NCBI GenBank assembly: GCA_902622665.1
Contig: CACNQV010000001.1
Coordinates: forward strand, 51,666-115,665
Source: an uncultured Candidatus Actinomarina sp.
GTDB taxonomy: Bacteria > Actinomycetota > Acidimicrobiia > Actinomarinales > Actinomarinaceae
Length of the DNA stretch: 64,000 nucleotides
Reading direction: 5' to 3'
A program made the position numbers and the translations under genes. Below, one piece after another: positions 45,949 through 54,629 of this stretch. Each line of letters opens with the position of its first letter. Positions within the stretch are counted from its first letter, which is position 1. The notes beneath the pieces are model-generated. The model was not told where the DNA came from, searched no databases, and saw nothing but the letters and a program-made list of their open reading frames with translations.

Positions 45949-46272
45949 GTGAAAATTTGCTTGATAACCGACAACTCATGGGTAAAAGATTCACTCATAA
46001 AATTAATTGATTTTGAGTGTAACTTTACTCATTTAAATGATGCAAAAGATGTGATTATTTCATACGATTTTATTTTTATAGACATGCAAGTAAACAATAA
46101 CGGTGGACCCTCCATGGTAAGAGAGCTTAAAAGAAGTGAGTTAGTTATTGATTCAACTATTGTTCTCTTAATTGATAGAGAAGCGGATAGTTTTCAAGCA
46201 AAACGAGTAGGAGCAGATAGTTATTTACTTAAACCTCTTGAAAAAACTAAATTAAAAAACCTTTTTACTTAA
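45949..46272 (+). CDS. single-domain response-regulator receiver (CheY-like)
   Basis: GTG start. MKICLITDN, DFIFIDMQ (candidate phospho-acceptor Asp) and GADSYLLKPL (conserved Lys-Pro). No output domain. Confidence 0.6.
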   Translation: MKICLITDNSWVKDSLIKLIDFECNFTHLNDAKDVIISYDFIFIDMQVNNNGGPSMVRELKRSELVIDSTIVLLIDREADSFQAKRVGADSYLLKPLEKTKLKNLFT

Positions 46273-46303
46273 ATCAAATATTATCTAAAATCAATAATAC
46301 AAA

Positions 46304-47551
46304 TTGAGTATCAACTTTGACATCGTATTATATATAGTGTTCTTTGTCTGCTTAGTGCTGTCAGGAATGTTATCTGGTTCAGAAACAGCCATAACATCTA
46401 TCCCTATTCAAAAAGTTCATCAACTAGAAGAAAGTAGAAAAAATAACAGGATTAAAAGAGCTAAAGATAATATAGAGAAAACAATTGGTGGGATACTAGT
46501 TGGTAACAACTTTGTTAATATTTTAATGGCATCAGTTGCAACTTTGATTTTTGTAAGACGATTTGGAGAAAGCGCAGGAAGTGCACTAGCTACTGTATTC
46601 ACAACTGTAATTGTGTTAATTTTTGGAGATATCACCCCTAAAACGCTTGCTACAAAACTACCTATTTCATTTCTATCTAGAACTACTTTTTTGGTTGAGA
46701 TTTTATCAAAAATTTTTGCACCCTTTACTGATGGTATAACAAAAATAATCATGAAGTTTGTTAGATCAACCGACAAAGATGATGCAGAAGTAACTGAAGC
46801 TGATATTCAAGCTCTAACAGCATTGGGGGAAATAGAAGGACAAATACTACCAGCCGAAAGAGAGATCATTGACTCATTACTTGACTTTTCAGACAGGCCA
46901 ATAAAAGAAATTATGACTCCAAGAGTTGACGTTTTATTTTTATCTTTGCCTATTAATATTGCTGAAGTTAAACAGTTGGTTAATGAAAAAAGAATTTCAA
47001 GAATGCCTGTATCAAAATCAGAATCACTTGATGGTACATTTGGTATCGTATATGTAAAAGATTTGTTTAATTTAAAGACTGCTTCAGATTCAGTTGAAAT
47101 TGAAAACCTTGTAAAAGATGTAATATACCTTCCCGAATACACAACAGTTTTATCAGCTCTAAATATCCTAAGAGAAAACAAATCAAGTTTTGCCTGTGTT
47201 ATTGATGAAAATGGTGGAATAGAAGGTGTAATAACAATTAAGGACGTTCTTTCAGAATTTGTTGGTGACTTGCCTGACGAACATGATCAAAGATTCCTTG
47301 GAATTAGAAGGATAGGTCCTGGCCAATGGAGAGTAGACGGTAAAACAGATATTGATGATTTTGAAGAATTTTTTGGTTTAGAGGAAAGTGATAAAGACAT
47401 TGCTACAGTTGGTGGATTGTTTTTGAGTCACTCAGAACAACTTCCTGCAGAAGGTGAGAAAATTACTATTGATGGACTGGAAATAACAGTAACCGAACTG
47501 GACAATAGAAGAATAGAATCTTTTATAGTAAAAAAAATAGCAAAGAAATAG
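46304..47551 (+). CDS. CNNM/DUF21-CBS-CorC_HlyC family protein (TlyC/CorC-like divalent cation efflux or hemolysin-like)
   Basis: TTG start. LSGSETAITS (DUF21), a CBS pair (IMTPRVDV...; ACVIDENGGIEGVITIKDV) and a C-terminal CorC_HlyC domain (TVGGLFL...GLEITVTELDNRRI). Confidence 0.85.
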   Translation: MSINFDIVLYIVFFVCLVLSGMLSGSETAITSIPIQKVHQLEESRKNNRIKRAKDNIEKTIGGILVGNNFVNILMASVATLIFVRRFGESAGSALATVFTTVIVLIFGDITPKTLATKLPISFLSRTTFLVEILSKIFAPFTDGITKIIMKFVRSTDKDDAEVTEADIQALTALGEIEGQILPAEREIIDSLLDFSDRPIKEIMTPRVDVLFLSLPINIAEVKQLVNEKRISRMPVSKSESLDGTFGIVYVKDLFNLKTASDSVEIENLVKDVIYLPEYTTVLSALNILRENKSSFACVIDENGGIEGVITIKDVLSEFVGDLPDEHDQRFLGIRRIGPGQWRVDGKTDIDDFEEFFGLEESDKDIATVGGLFLSHSEQLPAEGEKITIDGLEITVTELDNRRIESFIVKKIAKK

Positions 47552-47578
47552 TTGAAACAAATCAACTAATATTATTCC

Positions 47579-47860
47579 ATGGAAGTAATTTATGCATTAG
47601 TCCCCCTACTTGGTGGTTGGCTTGTATACGGTTTAATTGCTTCTTTATTTCTTAAAAGAGCGAGTAGTCGTGATTACTTACTACTTATATCATCAGGTTT
47701 AGTTGGTGGATTGATCGGTGGCTCTATTGGAAATAATATGGATATCCCACAAAACCTATGGTGGATGAGAGAAATTATCAAAATAGGTGTCACTATTGTC
47801 GCTATGAATACAATTCAGATAATTAGATTACAAATATATAATTTTAAAAATAATACTTAA
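47579..47860 (+). CDS. small membrane protein (GlsB/YeaQ/YmgE-like?)
   Basis: 93 aa with 3 hydrophobic, glycine-rich helices (LVGGLIGGSIGN). Confidence 0.4.
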   Translation: MEVIYALVPLLGGWLVYGLIASLFLKRASSRDYLLLISSGLVGGLIGGSIGNNMDIPQNLWWMREIIKIGVTIVAMNTIQIIRLQIYNFKNNT

Positions 47861-48135
47861 TTTTTAGGTACTCTTGCTGCTTTTAGCAAATTGCCATTTT
47901 CATCAATCAATCCACATCGTTTGGATAGTAATTTAGTATTAAATGCAAATAAATTTTTTCTCCAAGTTGCAATGTAACCATATCCACCTACTTCATCTAA
48001 TTTTAATAATGCACTATCCAAAGTAGCAGTTGAATCTGCAATTACGACAGGAAGGGAATCATACTCTGCATCCCACATTTCTGAATCATTAACTTTATTT
48101 GATTGCAAAAGTAAGTTTTTAAGTTCGTCACTCAT
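47857..48135 (-). CDS. hypothetical protein, last gene of the mannitol PTS operon
   Basis: 92 aa with no family recognised. Its start overlaps the ptsH stop by 8 nt. Confidence 0.5.
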   Translation of the reverse strand: MSDELKNLLLQSNKVNDSEMWDAEYDSLPVVIADSTATLDSALLKLDEVGGYGYIATWRKNLFAFNTKLLSKRCGLIDENGNLLKAARVPKN

Positions 48136-48412
48136 TTTCGATTAAATCCTCAAATTTTAACATGTAAGCTTCTTCATCTTTTCCATCCAGAACAAGTGTA
48201 AATGGTTTATCCTTAGCAATACCAAGGCTTAGAATACCAATCATACTCTTTCCGTCTTTTTCAACTAATTCTTCTTCACCTGTATCTTTATTGATTTTAT
48301 TAAATTTAACTAAAACCGATCCATCAAATTCTTGTGCTAATTTCACAAATAAACTGGCTGGCCTAGCATGTAAACCGACTTTGTCCTTAACAGACAATAT
48401 TTTTTCTATCAT
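48128..48412 (-). CDS. ptsH: phosphocarrier protein HPr
   Basis: KVGLHARPASLFV contains the His15 active-site motif. 94 aa. Confidence 0.85.
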   Translation of the reverse strand: MIEKILSVKDKVGLHARPASLFVKLAQEFDGSVLVKFNKINKDTGEEELVEKDGKSMIGILSLGIAKDKPFTLVLDGKDEEAYMLKFEDLIENE

Positions 48413-49486
48413 TTAATTTCCTAATGCTTGAATGTATTTCTCACTATAATTATCAACATTCCAAAATTCATTATAAAAATAATTTTTATCATTAGAAAGT
48501 TGACTATTTTTAAAATCACTAAATCCATCTACTTGTTCAAATTCATTTTCAAAAATAATATCTATTATTTCTTTAAATGTCTCTACACCTTCATTTGCTG
48601 AAATTAAAAGCCTTAGTGGTCTTTCAAATCTTTCGTCTTTTGAAAATTTAATCTCTGGATTTCTAGCAATTCTAATTACTTCATCTTGAATTTCGGGTAA
48701 TGAAAACCTTGTTAATATAGTTTGTTTAAAATCTTTTAAATCTTCAGTACTCTTTGAAAATAAATTATAAGCTTTTGAAAGTGAATCTAGAGCTTTCTCT
48801 GCAAACTCTATTCCTTCCTGATTATTTAAAATTTCATGAATATATTTAAAATTTCTTGATAGACCAAAATAAGCTAGTTTTAAATGCAAGCCATTAAGAA
48901 GCCATAGCTTCTTATAAAACTCATGCTCATAATCTCTGTATGATACAATTTTTGATTCATTTAATGGTTTTATCTCTATATTTTTATCTAATATGATTGA
49001 TCCGTATTCTTCAACTATTACGTCTAATGAAGTTTTATTCTGAGGTGGAATAATTTTATCAACTACAGCATCAATTAAAATAAATTTGCTCAGACTACTG
49101 TCAATTGAATTAGTTGATGATGCTCTATACATATTTTCAAAAGCAATAAACGTTTGTGTTTTTTCAGTTTTGGTTCTGGATATTAAGTTAAAAATATCTT
49201 TTACAAATCTAGGCCCAACTGATGTGGTGATCAGATCAGCTTGTGCTAATTTCTCATAAAGAAGCTCTTTATCATCTAAAATTAAGCCGCTAATATTTTT
49301 TACAAAAATATCTGAAGACGAATTTAAGCTAATAGAGCTTACTTTATAACCCTGAAATAAATTAATCTGTTCAATCAATTCTTTGTTTACATCTACAAAT
49401 ACAACTTCATAATTATTTTCTTGGAGAATAGGAGCAATAAATCCTCTACCTATATTTCCAGCCCCAAAGTGGATGGCTAACTTCAT
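48413..49486 (-). CDS. mtlD: mannitol-1-phosphate 5-dehydrogenase
   Basis: AIHFGAGNIGRGFI, TTSVGP, AFENM, DKIIPPQ and LNGLH are collinear with E. coli MtlD. Confidence 0.8.
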   Translation of the reverse strand: MKLAIHFGAGNIGRGFIAPILQENNYEVVFVDVNKELIEQINLFQGYKVSSISLNSSSDIFVKNISGLILDDKELLYEKLAQADLITTSVGPRFVKDIFNLISRTKTEKTQTFIAFENMYRASSTNSIDSSLSKFILIDAVVDKIIPPQNKTSLDVIVEEYGSIILDKNIEIKPLNESKIVSYRDYEHEFYKKLWLLNGLHLKLAYFGLSRNFKYIHEILNNQEGIEFAEKALDSLSKAYNLFSKSTEDLKDFKQTILTRFSLPEIQDEVIRIARNPEIKFSKDERFERPLRLLISANEGVETFKEIIDIIFENEFEQVDGFSDFKNSQLSNDKNYFYNEFWNVDNYSEKYIQALGN

Positions 49487-49926
49487 AGATTTTTAGATAA
49501 AAGATCGAATATTCTGTCAACTGAAGACTCGCTCCAAAGTTTTTTTGCTTCATCCGGGTCTTCAATAGCATCTGCTAATGAGGCTAGAACATTCATATGA
49601 TCATCAGAATTAGCCGCAATTCCAACTACAATATATGCTCTTTCTTCATTCCACTCAACACCATTTGGAACCTGAATAATTGAAATTCCTGTATTCTTAA
49701 CATATTTTGAGCCCTCAGCCATACCATGTGGTATTGCAACACCATTTCCTATATAAGTTGCAAAAGATTGTGTCTCAAGTTTTTCAAGCATTGAGTCTAT
49801 ATACTCTTCTTGAACATAGCCATTTTCAAATAATATTTTTCCAGCAGCTACTGTTGCCTCTTTATTGTCTGTAAATGACTTATTTGTCTGTATTGATTCT
49901 TTTATCAATACATTTATTTGATTCAT
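49483..49926 (-). CDS. mtlF: PTS mannitol-specific EIIA component
   Basis: YIGNGVAIPHG active-site His motif. 147 aa. 4-nt overlaps on both sides. Confidence 0.8.
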   Translation of the reverse strand: MNQINVLIKESIQTNKSFTDNKEATVAAGKILFENGYVQEEYIDSMLEKLETQSFATYIGNGVAIPHGMAEGSKYVKNTGISIIQVPNGVEWNEERAYIVVGIAANSDDHMNVLASLADAIEDPDEAKKLWSESSVDRIFDLLSKNL

Positions 49927-50243
49927 GAAGAAGTTATCTCATTATCCTCAGATATGTCTGTAATTAACTTCTTTAAATTTGGATCATTCATAAACATAGT
50001 AAATTGTATTAAAACAGAGCCTTCCGGAGCTGCGTTTCTTGCTGCTCCAGCTAGTCCAGTATGACAAACTACTACGTCTGCATCATCAGGGATTTGAGTT
50101 GCAGGAGCATGAACAATTTCAACATCCAGTCCTGCTTTCTTAGCTTTCTTGATTAGACCATTTTTAACCATTAAGCTTGACCCTGCTCCAGCCTCACAAG
50201 CAAGACATATTTTTTTAACTTCTGAACCTTTAATTGAACTCAT
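49923..50243 (-). CDS. PTS mannitol-specific EIIB component
   Basis: KKICLACEAGAGSSLM matches the MtlA EIIB phospho-Cys loop (xACDAGMGSS). Start set at the ATG at 50241-50243, preceded by a GGAGGA RBS; the upstream ORF-track extension has no support. Confidence 0.7.
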   Translation of the reverse strand: MSSIKGSEVKKICLACEAGAGSSLMVKNGLIKKAKKAGLDVEIVHAPATQIPDDADVVVCHTGLAGAARNAAPEGSVLIQFTMFMNDPNLKKLITDISEDNEITSS

Positions 50244-50311
50244 AATTTCCTCCAAAAAAAATTGACTTGGGAATTTTACTTCCCAAGTCAATTATAACTT
50301 AATAGTTTTAT

Positions 50312-51373
50312 TTAGACACCAGGTATATTACTCTCGATTACTGTATCTACTCCTGCGTCTGTTTCTTTAATAGGACGTGCTCTTAACAAGATAACACCAA
50401 CTACTGCTGATGCTGCTGTTGCTATCGCTACACCAGCTAACACTGGGAACGCCCCACCTCTAGGAAGCATAGCAATGTATGCGAAAATACTTCCCGGTGA
50501 AGGAGGTCCAACTAAACCAGCTCCAGTTGCTACGAACCAGAGGTCAGCTGAAATTCCACCAGCCCACATAGCGATGATCATAATTGGATGACCAAGGACA
50601 TATGGGAAGTAAATTTCATGGATTCCTCCAAAGAAATGAATAATGATTGAGCCAGGTGCGGATTCTTTCCACATACCAGTTCCAGCAAACCAATAAGCTA
50701 GAAGCAATCCAAGTCCAGGACCTGGGTTAGTTTCTAACAAGAAATAAATTGATTGGCCAGCTTCTGCTGACTCAGCTGCACCTAGAGGTGTTAACACACC
50801 TTGGTTTACAGCATTATTCAAGAACAATACTTTAGCGACCTCAATAGGAATGTCTGCTAGTGGAACTAATCCACTGTCGACAAGTGCAGCTGCACCATCT
50901 CCTAAAGCTTGTGTGATTGCGTCAAGTACTGGACTTATAACATTATAAGCTATGACAGAAAGACCCCAACCCAAAATACCAAGTGAGAAGTTATCATATA
51001 ACATCTCAAAGCCTTCAGGAATGCTGTCTTGTAATCTGTCGTCAACTTGTTTCATTACCCAAGCTGCTGCTGGTCCCATGACCATAGCGCCTAGGAACTG
51101 AGGTGAAGAAGTTGCAACAATAATAGCTGTTGTAACAACTGCACCGATCACACCACCTCTATGACCGTGTACCATCTTTCCACCTGTGTAACCTAACAAA
51201 AGTGGAAGGAGGGTTAGAATCATAGGTCCAACCATGGATGACAAATCTTCATTTGGCGTCCAACCAGTTGGAATATAGAGTGCTGTAATCAAACCCCAAG
51301 CGATGAATGCGCCGATGTTAGGAATAACCATTCCTGACATAGCACCGCCAACGCGTTGTATGGATTCTTTCAT
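50312..51373 (-). CDS. PTS mannitol-specific EIIC component
   Basis: GGAMSGMVIPNIGAFIAWGLITALYIPTGW matches the MtlA EIIC N-terminus closely. Polytopic, 353 aa. AGGGGGA RBS upstream. Confidence 0.85.
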   Translation of the reverse strand: MKESIQRVGGAMSGMVIPNIGAFIAWGLITALYIPTGWTPNEDLSSMVGPMILTLLPLLLGYTGGKMVHGHRGGVIGAVVTTAIIVATSSPQFLGAMVMGPAAAWVMKQVDDRLQDSIPEGFEMLYDNFSLGILGWGLSVIAYNVISPVLDAITQALGDGAAALVDSGLVPLADIPIEVAKVLFLNNAVNQGVLTPLGAAESAEAGQSIYFLLETNPGPGLGLLLAYWFAGTGMWKESAPGSIIIHFFGGIHEIYFPYVLGHPIMIIAMWAGGISADLWFVATGAGLVGPPSPGSIFAYIAMLPRGGAFPVLAGVAIATAASAVVGVILLRARPIKETDAGVDTVIESNIPGV

Positions 51374-51573
51374 ATTTACAATCCCCCTAACGATTGATTT
51401 TTATATTGATTAATTTATAAAATAATCCCTCTAAGTATATGAAACTTTTTCTCAGGATTCAGCTAATTTGAACGAAAATTTTACATTTTATGTAACTCTA
51501 GAAACATACTCAGGTCTCATTAGCCCAAGTACTTTGTATAATTGTGAAATATTAAATAAAAAAGTGAGGAAAA

Positions 51574-52167
51574 ATGGACGTAGAATCAACAATGTTACCT
51601 TTAGGTACTAAATTGCCTGAATTTAATCTGAAGGGAATTGACGAAAAATATCATAAAAATAGTGATTTTTCCGAAAATAATGGTCTTTTAGTAATGTTTA
51701 TTTGCAATCACTGTCCCTTTGTTAAACATATCAATAAAGAATTAGTTGACTTTACAAACGATTTAATAGCTAAAAATATCGGTGTTATTGGCGTTAACTC
51801 AAACGATAGCTCTCAAGAAAAATATGCAGAAGATAGTATTGAAAAGATGAAAGAGTATGCTGCGGATTTAGGGTATAACTTTCCTTATGTAGTTGATGAA
51901 GATCAGACTGTTGCCAAGAATTTTACAGCTCAATGTACACCCGATTTTTTTCTCTTTAATAATGACTCAGAACTTATTTACAGAGGGCAGTTTGACTTCT
52001 CTAGACCCGGTAATGATAAACCTGTGACAGGAGAGAGTTTAGCTCAAGCAGTGGAATCCTACTTGAACTCTAATGAGATTATATCTCCTCAATATCCAAG
52101 TATGGGATGTAATATCAAATGGAAAATAGATGAGGAACCTGATTATTTTTTAGAAGTTAAAGGTTAA
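51574..52167 (+). CDS. thioredoxin-fold (AhpC/TSA-like) thiol-disulfide oxidoreductase
   Basis: LLVMFICNHCPFVKH CxxC motif in a thioredoxin-fold context. 197 aa. Confidence 0.7.
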   Translation: MDVESTMLPLGTKLPEFNLKGIDEKYHKNSDFSENNGLLVMFICNHCPFVKHINKELVDFTNDLIAKNIGVIGVNSNDSSQEKYAEDSIEKMKEYAADLGYNFPYVVDEDQTVAKNFTAQCTPDFFLFNNDSELIYRGQFDFSRPGNDKPVTGESLAQAVESYLNSNEIISPQYPSMGCNIKWKIDEEPDYFLEVKG

Positions 52168-52688
52168 TTTAAATCTTGAGTTTGAACGAAAAGTCTTCTA
52201 GAACGAGCACAATCTAGTTCAACAAAGAAAAGTCTCTGCCATCTTCCAATAATTAATTCAGAATTAATTATTGGTAAAGTTACACCAGAAGAACCAATTA
52301 TTGTTCCTCTTACGTGTGACCTGCCATTAATATTCTCATCTTCCTGCATATTTTCGGTTCTAAGATCCCAATCATCATGTTCGTAATAAGAATCAGAAGG
52401 TACAAGTTCTTCAATCTTTTTCTTAAAGTCATTAATGTAACCTGTTTCAGATTCATTTATGACTACTGCTGTGGTTGTGTGCGGTGTGAAAAGTGAAACA
52501 GAGCCGTGCTTTATACCGCTCTTTGAAATAATTTCTAAAACAGCTTCGGTGAAATCACAAAATTGATTTGTTTCTTGAGTGTCAAAATGAAGAGCGATGG
52601 TAGATGATTTGTTGCTATCTGATTTGTAAAGGTCAACTAACTCAAAATCGAGTTCTTGAGCTCCGGTTCTTTGTTTATTATTTTTCAT
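52164..52688 (-). CDS. yjbQ: YjbQ/UPF0047-family protein (secondary thiamine-phosphate synthase-like)
   Basis: FCDFTEAV...GIKHGSVSLFTPHTTTAVVINESE and a C-terminal GRWQRLFFVELD match UPF0047. Start set at the ATG at 52686-52688; the ORF-track TTG is 9 nt upstream. Confidence 0.7.
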   Translation of the reverse strand: MKNNKQRTGAQELDFELVDLYKSDSNKSSTIALHFDTQETNQFCDFTEAVLEIISKSGIKHGSVSLFTPHTTTAVVINESETGYINDFKKKIEELVPSDSYYEHDDWDLRTENMQEDENINGRSHVRGTIIGSSGVTLPIINSELIIGRWQRLFFVELDCARSRRLFVQTQDLN

Positions 52689-52721
52689 CAGTATCAAGTT
52701 TCATAATAACTCTTTGTAAAA

Positions 52722-53951
52722 TTAATCACTATCTAATAATTGATTTTGATAATTCCAATATTCACATAACTCATTATCTTGTGCATCTACATCTCCAATT
52801 GCAATAGGATTTCCTTTCAATATCGAATTTGTGGCAATATTGTCTTCTGCAATACCAATTGGAAGGAAGCCCTTTGATGATTGTAATTTCTGTGCTTTTC
52901 CATATATGTAATCTCCACCAATCGAACCAAGATTTGTACCTGGTTCAATGTCTTGTTTAGCATAAGCAACAACTTCAACATTCCAACTTTGTGCACTCAA
53001 CTTTGAATATTTTTCTAACATAATATGTCTTATTGTTCTTGGTATTTCAAGACTTGTTAAATGGTAAGGCCTAGCCAAAGTCCAATATGGACCTTCCCCC
53101 ATTTTGAGATACTCCATTTCATAATTTACATAATCATCCTCAGAATAGATTACAGCAAAAACACCTGGTGCAATTCCAAAAGCAAAATCAACAACTTGCG
53201 ATTCGTTCAATAATCCTCCATCTTTTTTTGGAATATAAAACTGGTTTATATTGTCATATGTTGCATCTATTCCATGCATGCCATCAACATCTATGTTGAA
53301 ATCTAAATAGTTAGCAAGTGCAGCCATCTCAACCATTGTTTTAGTTCCATCAACAAAACTTGTTAACATTTTTGGATTCATTTTTTTTAAAGAGGCTTCT
53401 TTTGTTAGTGAACTAGGAGTAGCAAATGTATTAAATGGATTATTTTTACCTTTTCCAATTGATATAACTTCAAAAGAAAGTTCTGTAGCAAAGTTGTATA
53501 AGTCAAGAGCAGCTACAGGTTCATCACCATCAGCAACTGTCACTATGGCATTATTTTTTTCTGCTTCTTTTCTTAGAGCTAAGCCGATAGTTGCCTCTGT
53601 TTCCACGTTTAATAAAATTAAATTAATACCTCGATTTAAAACATTCTTTGCAACATTAGCACCCGCAGCAGGTGTTCCTGTTGCCTCAATTACAATGTCT
53701 AATTCAACATTATCTAGAGCTGCAATGCTATCAGATAAAAGAATCGTATTTTCTTTTTGTTTTTTATACCTATCAGAAGCGATATCAAGTTGTTTTTGAT
53801 TTCTATCAATAATACACACAAGATCAACTCCGTGCATTTTTGAGACTTGGGACACAATACCTTGTCCCATTTGACCTGCTCCAACAAGTCCCACTTTAAT
53901 GTTTTCATTTCGAGCTTCTATAAAATTTTTAAATTTATCTATTTGGTTCAT
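52722..53951 (-). CDS. NAD(P)-binding oxidoreductase with C-terminal SAF domain (COG4091, predicted homoserine-dehydrogenase-like)
   Basis: Rossmann motif VGLVGAGQMGQG. 409 aa. C-terminal beta-rich AKQDIEPGTNLGSIGGDYIYG...GNPIAIGDV is consistent with a SAF domain. Confidence 0.6.
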   Translation of the reverse strand: MNQIDKFKNFIEARNENIKVGLVGAGQMGQGIVSQVSKMHGVDLVCIIDRNQKQLDIASDRYKKQKENTILLSDSIAALDNVELDIVIEATGTPAAGANVAKNVLNRGINLILLNVETEATIGLALRKEAEKNNAIVTVADGDEPVAALDLYNFATELSFEVISIGKGKNNPFNTFATPSSLTKEASLKKMNPKMLTSFVDGTKTMVEMAALANYLDFNIDVDGMHGIDATYDNINQFYIPKKDGGLLNESQVVDFAFGIAPGVFAVIYSEDDYVNYEMEYLKMGEGPYWTLARPYHLTSLEIPRTIRHIMLEKYSKLSAQSWNVEVVAYAKQDIEPGTNLGSIGGDYIYGKAQKLQSSKGFLPIGIAEDNIATNSILKGNPIAIGDVDAQDNELCEYWNYQNQLLDSD

Positions 53952-53953
53952 TT

Positions 53954-54622
53954 TTAAATAATGGCTTTCTCAATAATTTCTAAATCACTTTTATAAGTAA
54001 TTTTTAAGTTATTCTCTTCACCTCTAATTACTCGGGTTTCATATTTGTTAAAGTTAAACATGCTTTCTGTTGTGTCAACCATACCAGTAATATTATTTTT
54101 TGATAGGAACGAATAACACTCAAACAATTCTTTATATTTATAAACTTGAGGTGTCTGAATATCTACAATTTTTTTTTGAGTAACAATTTCATCATTTTGT
54201 ATATCATAAAATTTACTGTTGTCTAAATAAGGCGCTGCGGATCCATGTTCTTCCGCTGTTTTTACCAAGCTTGTTAAAAGTTCTGAAGACAAAAAAGAAC
54301 GAGCGGCATCATGTATTGCTATAAAGCAATTATCTGTAGCTTTATCTTGTAAATACTGAAGTGCACAATACTCACTTTCTTGTCTCGAATCTCCACCGAG
54401 TATGATTGAAACACTTTGATGTTTCTTCAAAAGTTTTTCAAATGCTGACTTGTTAGATTTAGAAGAAACTAACAATACTTCATCAATTTCATTATTGTCT
54501 AAAAAAGTTTCAACAGGATATAAGACAAGCTCTTTACAATTTACTTTATAAAAAAGCTTGTTTACTTCCTCATCAAAGCGAGTGCTGTCACCTGCTGCAA
54601 GTATTACGCCATAAGTTTTCAA
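53954..54622 (-). CDS. IspD/TarI-family cytidylyltransferase (2-C-methyl-D-erythritol-4-P or polyol-phosphate cytidylyltransferase)
   Basis: YGVILAAGDSTRF (P-loop-like), IHDAARSF and VDTTES motifs. TTG start. 222 aa. Confidence 0.75.
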   Translation of the reverse strand: MKTYGVILAAGDSTRFDEEVNKLFYKVNCKELVLYPVETFLDNNEIDEVLLVSSKSNKSAFEKLLKKHQSVSIILGGDSRQESEYCALQYLQDKATDNCFIAIHDAARSFLSSELLTSLVKTAEEHGSAAPYLDNSKFYDIQNDEIVTQKKIVDIQTPQVYKYKELFECYSFLSKNNITGMVDTTESMFNFNKYETRVIRGEENNLKITYKSDLEIIEKAII

Positions 54623-54629
54623 TATAAAA

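Noticed and set aside
46420-47181. Two antisense ORFs (118 and 124 aa) opposite the CNNM/CorC gene. Comparable ones lie at 42496-42696, 43023-43205, 44470-44692, 45522-45707, 52604-52807, 53494-53799, 53714-53908, 57553-58738, 62225-62419 and 63508-63817.
   Set aside because: They are opposite well-supported core genes (selA, selB, whiB, NfeD, the SAF-domain oxidoreductase, dnaB, msrA, the nucleoside hydrolase). Their Ser/Leu/Ile-rich translations are typical of antisense frames, and no independent support exists.
50244-50291. 16-codon N-terminal extension of the PTS EIIB ORF (MTWEVKFPSQFFLEEI).
   Set aside because: The internal ATG at 50241-50243 is preceded by a strong GGAGGA Shine-Dalgarno sequence, and the EIIB domain begins there. 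The extension has no homology support.
51520-51542. Sigma-70-like promoter (TATAAT at 51537-51542) upstream of the thioredoxin-like gene.
   Set aside because: TATAAT-like hexamers are ubiquitous in DNA this AT-rich. No properly spaced -35 or TGn extension was found, so the call is not supportable.
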